Source: Candidatus Methylomirabilia bacterium (lineage in GTDB: Bacteria; Methylomirabilota; Methylomirabilia; Rokubacteriales; CSP1-6). From it: DNA of 41,257 nt. Both the position numbers and the translations under genes were made by a program. Below the pieces are notes generated by a model. The model made no database searches. It was not told the DNA's origin and saw only the letters and a program-made list of their open reading frames with translations. The stretch is taken from assembly GCA_041492755.1 (NCBI GenBank), contig JBGPXN010000021.1, forward strand, positions 1-41,257, in the 5' to 3' direction. Shown piece by piece: positions 30,461 to 38,006 of this stretch (position 1 is the stretch's first letter; each line of letters starts with the position of its first letter).

Positions 30461-30898
30461 TCAGGCCCGGGCGTTGCGCTCGTTGCCCCAGGCGGCGAGA
30501 GCGACGAAGGCGAGCGCCATCACGGTGATCAGGAAGAACACGACCGCGCCGGCCTGGAACGTCACCACGCCGCCCCAGGGCGCGGTCACGGCCGCGCCCT
30601 CCCCACGCACGGCGACTTGACCGACCTTGAAGGCGCGGAACGCCATGAACAACGCCAGGATCCGCGCGAAGTCGCGGCGGCAGAGGACCCACCGCTCGAA
30701 CCAGCCACGGGGCCGGCGCAAGAGAAAAGGCACGAGGATCACGAACACGGCGCCGGCGACGATCCAGGTGATCGCGCCCACCGGGCCCCGCACGCCGATA
30801 CCCTGCCCGGCCAGATACGAGCCGCCGAGCCAGTACACGACGCCGTACGCGAAGTAGGCGCGCGCCGCGAGACGGAACCGGTCGTCCGCGACGCTCAC
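30461..30898 (-). CDS. Hypothetical four-TM membrane protein
   Basis: Four hydrophobic segments; co-oriented within the operon. Confidence 0.7.
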   Translation of the reverse strand: MSVADDRFRLAARAYFAYGVVYWLGGSYLAGQGIGVRGPVGAITWIVAGAVFVILVPFLLRRPRGWFERWVLCRRDFARILALFMAFRAFKVGQVAVRGEGAAVTAPWGGVVTFQAGAVVFFLITVMALAFVALAAWGNERNARA

Positions 30899-30905
30899 TG
30901 CCCGC

Positions 30906-32348
30906 TCACGCCTGGGGGCGAAAGCGGCCGCCCCACTTGCCGCGCACGTCGGCGAGCAGCGCGCGGGTGATGCGAGTCTCGCCCCGCCCGCGCGCGTACG
31001 CCTCGACCGCCTTCACCACCATCCCGCGAGCGAACGACGGAATCGCCGCGAGGCGCTCGCGCGCGTCGTCGTCCCACGTGAGCTCCTGCTCCACCGGCAA
31101 CCCGAACGTGAGCGACGCCGGCAGCTCGATCAGCGCGCCGCCGTACGCGCCCGGCTGGTAACCACACGCGGGGTCCTCGGCCAGGTAGTCGCCGTACGTC
31201 GCGTAGGCCCGACACCGACATCCCCCGCACACTTTCGAGAACTCGCACGCCCCGCACCGCCCCCCCAGCCTGGGTTCGCGCAAATCCTGGAACACGCCCG
31301 CCCCTCGCCACAGATCCGCGAACGAGGTCTCGCGCACGTTTCCTGCGGCCACCGGCATATACGGACACGGCGTGACGTCCCCCGTGGGCGTGATCCGACA
31401 GTAGTACTTCCCCGCCGGACACGACCCATGCGCATAGTTCTTCAGCAACGGAGACCCGGGGTTGAGCTGATAGATGATCCGCCGAAAATGCGGCGCACAC
31501 TTCGCCCGGATCAGAAGCCCATCGGCCCGCCCCACCGCCGTGGACCAAGGATCCTCGAACATCGTGGGGGCGGGATTGGGATCGGGGGAGGGCGCGCGGC
31601 GAATAGCAGTTGTCGATTGAGCAAGCGCGCCCTCCCCCGATCCCGATCCCGCCCCCACGGCGCCAAGCAATCGTTGAACGAACGAAGGTGGCCCGGAGCC
31701 GACGCCCTGAACCTTGGCGAGATACGTGAGGATCCGTTCATATGCGGAAGAATCGATGTCCGTGAGCTGCTGCCCACGCCCGGTCCGAACGAGGAAGAAG
31801 AAATTGAGAACCTTGGCGCCGAGGTCCCGTGCGAGGTCGATCATCGCGGGAACTTCGTCGACGTTCCAGTCCGTCACCGACATGTGCAGCGAGAAGTCGA
31901 GCCCCGCGTCCGCCATCACGCGGGTGGCGCGGACGGCGCCGTCCCAGGCGCCCGGGAGGTGGCGAAACAGGTCGTGGCGCTTGGCATCGGTCGAGTCGAG
32001 GCTGATGGAGGCGCCGAGCACGCCACGCTCGCGCATCAGCCGCGCTTCCTTCTCGCGCAGCAACACGCCGTTTGTCCCGAGCACCGTCGTGAAGCGCTTC
32101 TCGGCCGCGTAGCCCGCGATGTCCCAGATATCCCGCCGCAGCAGCGGCTCGCCGCCCGTGAGGATCAGGAAGACGTTGGGATTGACCTCGGCGATCTCGT
32201 CGATGACCCGCCGGCACTCCTCGGTCGTCAGCTCGCCGCGCGTGTCCGCGCCCGCGTGGGCCGACATGTAGCAGTGCGCGCACTCGAGGTTGCAGCGCTG
32301 GGTGAGATTCCAGGAGACGCTATAGGCGGTGTACGGGCTTACTGTCAT
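30906..32348 (-). CDS. Radical SAM/SPASM protein, AhbD/NirJ-like, with C-terminal PCP_red-like domain
   Basis: CNLECAHC, TGGEPLLR, KCAPHF, SPASM CGACEFSKVCGGCRCRAY; tail WDDDARERLAAIPSFAR. Confidence 0.85.
   Translation of the reverse strand: MTVSPYTAYSVSWNLTQRCNLECAHCYMSAHAGADTRGELTTEECRRVIDEIAEVNPNVFLILTGGEPLLRRDIWDIAGYAAEKRFTTVLGTNGVLLREKEARLMRERGVLGASISLDSTDAKRHDLFRHLPGAWDGAVRATRVMADAGLDFSLHMSVTDWNVDEVPAMIDLARDLGAKVLNFFFLVRTGRGQQLTDIDSSAYERILTYLAKVQGVGSGPPSFVQRLLGAVGAGSGSGEGALAQSTTAIRRAPSPDPNPAPTMFEDPWSTAVGRADGLLIRAKCAPHFRRIIYQLNPGSPLLKNYAHGSCPAGKYYCRITPTGDVTPCPYMPVAAGNVRETSFADLWRGAGVFQDLREPRLGGRCGACEFSKVCGGCRCRAYATYGDYLAEDPACGYQPGAYGGALIELPASLTFGLPVEQELTWDDDARERLAAIPSFARGMVVKAVEAYARGRGETRITRALLADVRGKWGGRFRPQA
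31563..31659. repeat. Intragenic palindrome with 35-bp arms and a 27-nt loop, in frame in the radical SAM gene
   Basis: Arms 31563-31597 and 31625-31659 are reverse complements at 34/35 positions. Confidence 0.9.
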
Positions 32349-32381
32349 CTTTCTTGGACATTCCGGCGGCGGGCCGCCGCG

Positions 32382-32390
32382 TGGTAGCGT
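32382..32390 (+). promoter_or_regulatory. Extended -10 promoter (leaderless)
   Basis: TGgTAGCGT, then 6 nt to ATG 32397. Confidence 0.55.
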
Positions 32391-32396
32391 TCAGGC

Positions 32397-32753
32397 ATGG
32401 GCACATTTACCGTCAGCGTGACCTTGATCCATCCCGACCATCGCGACCGGTCCGTGACCGTGGATCCGATGGTCGACACCGGCGCGACGTATACCGTGCT
32501 CCCTGCCGATCTGGTCGCTCAACTGGGTCTTTCTACTCCAGAAGAGCGGCCGGGCGAGCTGGCCAGCGGGGAGCGCGTCGTCTATCGAATCGGCGAAGTA
32601 CGCGTCAGGCTCGGCGAGCGTGAGCATACGAACGTCTTTGTCGAGGGGCCGCCGGGGTGTCCGGTGCTGCTGGGCGCTTTCACCCTGGAGGCATTCGGTT
32701 TCGCCGCTGATCCGATTCACCAGCGGCTCATCCCCGTCGTCGCCAGACTCTGA
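32397..32753 (+). CDS. Clan AA (retropepsin-like) aspartyl protease
   Basis: MVDTGATYTVLP active-site motif and LLGAFTLE. Confidence 0.85.
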   Translation: MGTFTVSVTLIHPDHRDRSVTVDPMVDTGATYTVLPADLVAQLGLSTPEERPGELASGERVVYRIGEVRVRLGEREHTNVFVEGPPGCPVLLGAFTLEAFGFAADPIHQRLIPVVARL

Positions 32754-32774
32754 CCCGCAACCCGGCGCAATCGT

Positions 32775-32799
32775 CGCGAGGGGGCGGGCGCCCCTCGCG
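32775..32799. terminator. GC hairpin between convergent genes
   Basis: CGCGAGGGG-7 nt-CCCCTCGCG; no U-tract. Confidence 0.35.
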
Positions 32800-32802
32800 G
32801 CA

Positions 32803-34716
32803 TCAGCGCGGCTTCTTGTTCGAGACGTACCCCGCGATGACCTCGTTCATGGTCTCGCGCGCGTGCCCGATCCCTTCTTCGCACACCGCGAGGTCGATGG
32901 TGGTCACGCCCTTCTCCGCCGCCGCCTTCTCGACCTCTTCGCGCGTCATGTCGCGCATGAATCCGGCCGGCACCCGGTTCAGGCGGGCCGTTGCGTCTTC
33001 CGTCCACGCGAACACGCTCCCGCCATCCGCGGGCCCGGTCGCCGCGCCTGGCATCTCCGCGGGCTCGAACTTGGTCCTGGCCAGCAGCGTGTCCCAGCCG
33101 GCGCCGAGCTTGTCCCGCCCGACCGTTTCTTCGATCATCGGCAGGGCGAGCTGGCAGGTGATCACCGGGATCCGGCGCGAGCGGGCGTACTTTTCGATGC
33201 GCGCCTTGGCGCGGCGGCGCAGGTAGGCGTCGGTCACCTCGCGGAGGGCGTCGCGCGCATCGGCCGACCATTTCACGACCACGCCCGGCAGCGCCTCTTC
33301 CTCCTCGATGCCGCCCTCCTGCCGGGCGATCGCCTCCACCACGTCCCGCGAGATGATCTGGAACTTTTCCGGAGCGGCGCTGCACACCGGGCACGTCACC
33401 ACCGGGTTCGGGCCCTTGACCGTGTAGCCGCAGATCGAGCAGATCGCCGTCGCCGCCTGCTCCGAGGCGCGGAGGCGCGCCACCGCGACGTCCTCGGCGA
33501 GAATCTGCATCTTCTCCGCCATGCGCGTGGGCATGAAGATCGCCATCGCCTCGTCGATCACCTTGTTGGTGATGACGGTGTGCCCCTGCTCGATCGCGTA
33601 GCGCAGCAGCGCGGTGCGGGCCACCCCCTTGACTTGCGGCGGCACGCGCTCCATCCGCGCCTCCGCCTCCTCGGTCCACGAGATGATCTCCTCCGCCTTC
33701 ACGTCCAGCGGCGGATAGAACCTGCCCCCGGTGAGAAGCACGTTGCAGGGCGCCAGGCGCAGGAGGTTCTCGGTGTTGGAGCCGAGGTCGACCTCGTTCT
33801 CCTCGGAGTGCACGCCCACGCGCCCCAGGATGAGCAGCCAGGGCTGCTCCTTGCGGGCAAACGTCAGCATCTTCTCGAAGCACTTGCCGTCGAGCAGGGT
33901 GATGGCGAGGTCCACGCCGTCCTCGGCGGCCAGCTTGCGGCCGATCTCGAGATGCGACTGGTAGATCTTGGCCAATCCGGTATCGATGATCTCCTCGTGC
34001 AGTTGCTCCTGTTCCTTGAATCGGAAGATCTTCGAGGCCTTCTCGTTCAGCACGCCGACGAGCCCGTTGAACATCGCGTAGTGAAGATATGGGTCGTACA
34101 CGGCCACCGCCTGCAGCGGCCGCCCCAGCGCCCTGGCGAGCGCGATGCCGATCTTCAACCCCCGGAACGACTGCGGCGAGCCGTCGACGCCGACCACGAT
34201 GGCGCCCTGCTGGTCGCGCAACGCGTCGGCGTTGCGGACCACCAGCGTGTCGGTGGCGACGTTGCGCACGAACCGCTCGGTGACAGACCCGAGCTGGCTG
34301 TCCTTCACCGCGCCCATGCCGAGCGCGCCCATCACCACCAGGTCGTAGTCGGAGGCGCGCGCGTCCTCGACCAGCGCCTTGTAGTGCTTGCCGTCCATCA
34401 TCTTGCGAGTGAAGGCGAGGCCCGCCTCCTCCGCCTTCTTGCCCATCACGTCCAGGTAGGAATCGGAGATGAGCTGCAGGCCCATCGCGATCAGCGAGTC
34501 GTGGATCTTGCGCTGGCGCTCCAGCTCGTTCTCGTCCTTGTACTCCTCGGGCAGGGTGTACTCCATCTGCTTGAACCGGTAGTCGTGCAGCCGGGCCGCG
34601 TAGACATGGCAGCCCGTCAGCCGGGACCCGAACGCGCGGCCGAGCTCGACGGCGAGGTCGATGGCGCGGTTCGAGTAGTCCGAGTTGTCCACCGGCACGT
34701 AGATGTGCTTGTACAT
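32803..34716 (-). CDS. Multidomain universal stress protein: USP-USP-PCP_red-rubredoxin-like-PCP_red-PCP_red
   Basis: YKHIYVPVDNS and IVVGVDGS USP starts; G-2x-G-9x-GS motif; CSIC..CPVC; three W(T/S)xxAxxxL/M helical repeats. Confidence 0.85.
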   Translation of the reverse strand: MYKHIYVPVDNSDYSNRAIDLAVELGRAFGSRLTGCHVYAARLHDYRFKQMEYTLPEEYKDENELERQRKIHDSLIAMGLQLISDSYLDVMGKKAEEAGLAFTRKMMDGKHYKALVEDARASDYDLVVMGALGMGAVKDSQLGSVTERFVRNVATDTLVVRNADALRDQQGAIVVGVDGSPQSFRGLKIGIALARALGRPLQAVAVYDPYLHYAMFNGLVGVLNEKASKIFRFKEQEQLHEEIIDTGLAKIYQSHLEIGRKLAAEDGVDLAITLLDGKCFEKMLTFARKEQPWLLILGRVGVHSEENEVDLGSNTENLLRLAPCNVLLTGGRFYPPLDVKAEEIISWTEEAEARMERVPPQVKGVARTALLRYAIEQGHTVITNKVIDEAMAIFMPTRMAEKMQILAEDVAVARLRASEQAATAICSICGYTVKGPNPVVTCPVCSAAPEKFQIISRDVVEAIARQEGGIEEEEALPGVVVKWSADARDALREVTDAYLRRRAKARIEKYARSRRIPVITCQLALPMIEETVGRDKLGAGWDTLLARTKFEPAEMPGAATGPADGGSVFAWTEDATARLNRVPAGFMRDMTREEVEKAAAEKGVTTIDLAVCEEGIGHARETMNEVIAGYVSNKKPR

Positions 34717-34734
34717 GCGCTGTCTCCCTGGCCT

Positions 34735-35514
34735 CTATTTCAGCTCGAAGTCGACCGTCGCCGTCGCTCGCGGCGCGATCGTGATCTCTCTCGTGACCGT
34801 GTGCGGGTCGTCGAACAGCGGGCGGCCGTCTTTGTCGGCGCCCTTCGCTCGGAAGCCCTCGTGCCACATGGTGAGCTTGTAGGTTCCGGGCGGGACACCG
34901 TCGATCCGGTAGGCGCCGCGCTCGTCGGTGAGGGCGAAGTACGGGCTGTCGTGGACCACCAGCCAGGCGTTCATGTGCGGGTGGGCGTCGCACAGCACCC
35001 GCACCACCCCCGGCCTGGTGAGCCGTCGCGTGATGTCGATCATCTGGTCCTTGTTGGGCAGGGCCAGGTTGAACACCGTCGGCTTGCCCATGAATCCGTG
35101 GGTGTTGTGCAGGATCGGATCCGAGTTCCGCACCCGCACCTTGCCTCCGGCCATCGTGGCCGACACGTGGGAGACGAACAAGCACTTGTGGTTGTCGACG
35201 GTGACCTCGCCCTCGAGCTTCTTGCCCTTGGTGACGCCCTCGAGCAGGACCACGCTGCCCTTCACACCGCCGCCGGGCGCGACCACGAGCGCCTCCGACG
35301 GCTTCCGCTCCCCGCACACGTCACGGTTCTTGTTGACCGGTAGTGCTTCGAGCCTCGGCGCCGCCCCCGCGAACTTCACCACCCCCGCCACCACGCCGCC
35401 GTCCTTGACCCCCGTCTCCTCGTACGCCGCCCCCACCGGCCCCGCCGCGACGAGCAGCAATCCGGCGGCAAGCGCCAGAACGACCGCGTTCGAGCGCCGG
35501 CTCAGCCGGCGCAA
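34735..35514 (-). CDS. Exported carboxypeptidase-regulatory-like/cupredoxin-like beta-sandwich protein
   Basis: NSDPILHNTH, CDAHPHM, VPPGTYKLTMWHE; probable TTG start at 35514 behind GAGGA, both within a repeat. Confidence 0.75.
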   Translation of the reverse strand: MRRLSRRSNAVVLALAAGLLLVAAGPVGAAYEETGVKDGGVVAGVVKFAGAAPRLEALPVNKNRDVCGERKPSEALVVAPGGGVKGSVVLLEGVTKGKKLEGEVTVDNHKCLFVSHVSATMAGGKVRVRNSDPILHNTHGFMGKPTVFNLALPNKDQMIDITRRLTRPGVVRVLCDAHPHMNAWLVVHDSPYFALTDERGAYRIDGVPPGTYKLTMWHEGFRAKGADKDGRPLFDDPHTVTREITIAPRATATVDFELK

Positions 35515-35630
35515 GCCTTCCTCGGGGGGAGGCAGCGGAGCGGGCCGCCAGGCCCGCGGAGCGTCGGAAGGGGGGCGTAGCCCCCCTCCGAGGAATACAG
35601 CCCCCCTCCGAGTGATATCCCCCCTCCGAG
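35488..35630 (-). repeat. Three-hairpin element family B, copy 1, plus two extra tandem CTCGGAGGGGGG end motifs
   Basis: Reverse complement of 35488-35592 aligns with 38916-39017; CCCCCCTCCGAG at 35581, 35601 and 35619. Confidence 0.85.
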
Positions 35631-36014
35631 TCAGTTCTCGGGATTGAGGAAGAACTCCAGACCGAGCCAGAGACTGCGGCTCCAGCGGAAGAACCACAGC
35701 GGGAAGATCACGCAGAACGGCATCCAGATCGCGAGCTGCCATCCGGTCGACAGGTCCATCTGCGTCCACAGGAGGAAGTACCCGGCTACGGCGATGACCG
35801 CCGTCAGGGCGTAGTTGATGTAGATCGCGCCGACCCAGTAGCCCTGTGCCCGCTCGTAGGACAGCCCACAGAGCGCACACGCCGGCGCCATCCGGAACCA
35901 GCCCCGGAGACCGGGATGGGGAAAGAGAGGTGTCCCGCCGCAGCGCGGGCAGCGCAGCGTGAGCGCGCGGGTGACGCCGCGCGGGACGCGCGCCCACGCC
36001 ATGTCCGCGGACAC
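35631..36014 (-). CDS. DUF983-like membrane protein with zinc-ribbon cysteines
   Basis: RCPRCG..LF, CALCG..YER..GYW, two TM helices; alternative ATG at 36002. Confidence 0.8.
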   Translation of the reverse strand: MSADMAWARVPRGVTRALTLRCPRCGGTPLFPHPGLRGWFRMAPACALCGLSYERAQGYWVGAIYINYALTAVIAVAGYFLLWTQMDLSTGWQLAIWMPFCVIFPLWFFRWSRSLWLGLEFFLNPEN

Positions 36015-36021
36015 TCGCCAC

Positions 36022-36351
36022 TTAGTGCTTCGCGGGGGCCGTCGCCGCGGCGCCCTTCACCTGCGACCTCTTCGCCACCGCGAAGCCGTCGGGAAGCAGG
36101 ACGGACACGAGCAAGGTGGCGATGGCCAACGGCGTGACGGCCACCAGTCCCAGCGTTCGCGCCTCGAAACGCAGGTGCATGAAGTACATGGCGACCAGCG
36201 CCGCCTTGCCGAGCGCCAGCCCGCAGAGCAGCACGCCGTTGGTGAGCTTGCCGAAGGGCAGGAAGATTACGCCGATCTCGACGACCGTGAGGATCGCCAG
36301 CGTCCAGAAGATCGCCATGTAGTTCGGGTGCTTGTGGTCGGTGCCCGCCAT
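36022..36351 (-). CDS. ctaF: Cytochrome c oxidase subunit IV (COX4_pro)
   Basis: LAILTVVE, KAALVAMYFMHLRFE. Confidence 0.88.
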   Translation of the reverse strand: MAGTDHKHPNYMAIFWTLAILTVVEIGVIFLPFGKLTNGVLLCGLALGKAALVAMYFMHLRFEARTLGLVAVTPLAIATLLVSVLLPDGFAVAKRSQVKGAAATAPAKH

Positions 36352-36367
36352 CGTCCGATCCCCCCAG

Positions 36368-36985
36368 CTAAAGCAGGTACATGAAGGTGAAGACCATGAT
36401 CCAGATGAGGTCGACGAAGTGCCAGTAGAGGCCGACGATCTCGACGCCGTTGTAGCTGTCCCGGGGATCGGGCCGGTTGAGCACCCAGCGGACCATGGAC
36501 AGGAGATAGATCACGCCGCCGGTGACGTGCAGCCCGTGGAAGCCGGTCACGATGAAGAACGACGTGCCGAACAGGCTGGCCCCCCACGGATTGCCGTTGA
36601 TGTGCAGGCCGCGGTGGATCAGGTGCGACCACTCGTACGCCTGCAGGCCGACGAAGATCGCGCCACCGATCGCGGTGAAGAGCAGGAAGCGGATGGCCCG
36701 CACCCGGTCGCCCCTGGACAGCCACTCGAGCGCCTTGACCATGGTCACGCTCGAGCAGATGAGCAGGAACGTCATGGCGGCGGTGAGATTGATCCCCAGG
36801 CGCTCGTAGGGGCTCGGCCAGTCGGCGCTGGTCGCCCGCATGACGCCGTAGCCGGCGAGCAGGACGCCGAAGCCGACGGCGTCGCCCACCAGGAAGATCC
36901 ACATTCCCAGCTTTCCCCAGCTCTCGGGGGTCAGCGGAGTCTCGGCGGGCTCCACCGCCACGTGCATGGATGCGGCTTGACTCAT
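36368..36985 (-). CDS. ctaE: Cytochrome c oxidase subunit III (second copy)
   Basis: GMWIFL, FLLICSSVTM, QAYEW, TGFHGLHV, YWHFVD; GAGGAG RBS before ATG 36985. Confidence 0.9.
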   Translation of the reverse strand: MSQAASMHVAVEPAETPLTPESWGKLGMWIFLVGDAVGFGVLLAGYGVMRATSADWPSPYERLGINLTAAMTFLLICSSVTMVKALEWLSRGDRVRAIRFLLFTAIGGAIFVGLQAYEWSHLIHRGLHINGNPWGASLFGTSFFIVTGFHGLHVTGGVIYLLSMVRWVLNRPDPRDSYNGVEIVGLYWHFVDLIWIMVFTFMYLL

Positions 36986-37206
36986 GTCGTCTCCTCGATG
37001 GGTAGCGTTGGACGACCGCGGCGACGCAGGAACAACCACAAGAACACTCCACCGATCGCGCCTCCCACGACGAACGGCATGGCGAGGAGGATCGCGAACG
37101 CCCAGTTGAACGTGCGGTCACCGTAAGCGGACGAGATACACGACGGGCACGCCTCGGCCAGCGCAGGGAGCAGGACGACGCAGGCGAAGGCGGCCAGGCG
37201 GCGCAT
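36982..37206 (-). CDS. Small membrane protein with exported CPSC motif
   Basis: MRRLAAF..AEACPSC..TM; TGATG and ATGA overlaps with both neighbours. Confidence 0.7.
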   Translation of the reverse strand: MRRLAAFACVVLLPALAEACPSCISSAYGDRTFNWAFAILLAMPFVVGGAIGGVFLWLFLRRRGRPTLPIEETT

Positions 37207-37874
37207 CACAGGATATAGATGGAGAGATAGAGGAGCGGCCACAACCCCACCACGAAGTGCCAGTACATCGCGCACGCCTTCACCGGCGCCGTCCGCCCGC
37301 CCGCGAAGCGGCCGCGGACGGCAAGCGTGAGCGTGACCGTGAGCCAGACGAGCGCGCCGAAGACGTGGGCGCCGTGGACCCCGATGATCGTATAGAAGGT
37401 GGCGCCGTACGTCCCCGAGGTCACGGTGAGCCCGAAGCCGATGAGCCGAGCCCACTCGTACCCCTGGACCACGAGGAACAGCGCGCCGAGCCCCGCCGCG
37501 ATCGCGAGCCGGCCCACCAGGGCCGCCCGATCGCGCTGGCCGCCGGCGCGGACGGCCGCCATCATCGCGACACTCGAGCCGAGCAGCACCAGCGTGTTTA
37601 CCCCCGTCACGCCGAGCGGCAGGCGCGGCTGCAGCGGCGGCGGCCACACCGGGGCGCCGAGACGGAGGACCCAGAAGGCGAACACGAGCCCGGTGAAGAA
37701 CATCGCCTCCGCGCCGATGAAGAACAGCATGGCCAGCCGGAGATTGTCGAGGAGCGGAGGCCGCGGCGTCTGGTCCCGGTCGTCGTCGTCGCCTCCGCCC
37801 GTGGGTGGGGATGGCGGCGGGACCTTCCCGTTCCCCCGCTGCACGACGGGCGGACGCTCGAGGGTCACCGACAT
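37206..37874 (-). CDS. ctaE: Cytochrome c oxidase subunit III (first copy)
   Basis: AMLFFIGAEAMFF, NTLVLLGSS, QGYEW, HGAHV, YWHFV. Confidence 0.9.
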   Translation of the reverse strand: MSVTLERPPVVQRGNGKVPPPSPPTGGGDDDDRDQTPRPPLLDNLRLAMLFFIGAEAMFFTGLVFAFWVLRLGAPVWPPPLQPRLPLGVTGVNTLVLLGSSVAMMAAVRAGGQRDRAALVGRLAIAAGLGALFLVVQGYEWARLIGFGLTVTSGTYGATFYTIIGVHGAHVFGALVWLTVTLTLAVRGRFAGGRTAPVKACAMYWHFVVGLWPLLYLSIYIL

Positions 37875-37879
37875 CGCCG

Positions 37880-37999
37880 TCACCACCGGATGCCGATCGC
37901 GAACCCGGCCAGCACGAGCACGGCCACGATCGCGAGCAGGACGCGCCGCGTGCGCCGGTTCCGGTCGCTGAGCGATTCGCGGTCGACCATGATGGCCAT
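37880..37999 (-). CDS. 39-aa single-TM microprotein (not in the ORF track)
   Basis: MAIMVDRESLSDRNRRTRRVLLAIVAVLVLAGFAIGIRW*; GAGG upstream; fills the ctaB-coxIII gap. Confidence 0.65.
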   Translation of the reverse strand: MAIMVDRESLSDRNRRTRRVLLAIVAVLVLAGFAIGIRW

Positions 38000-38006
38000 C
38001 CGCGCC

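Noticed and set aside
32803..33700. PCP_red domains as evidence of chlorophyll synthesis
   Set aside because: No BchN/BchB catalytic domains or other bch/chl genes in the window
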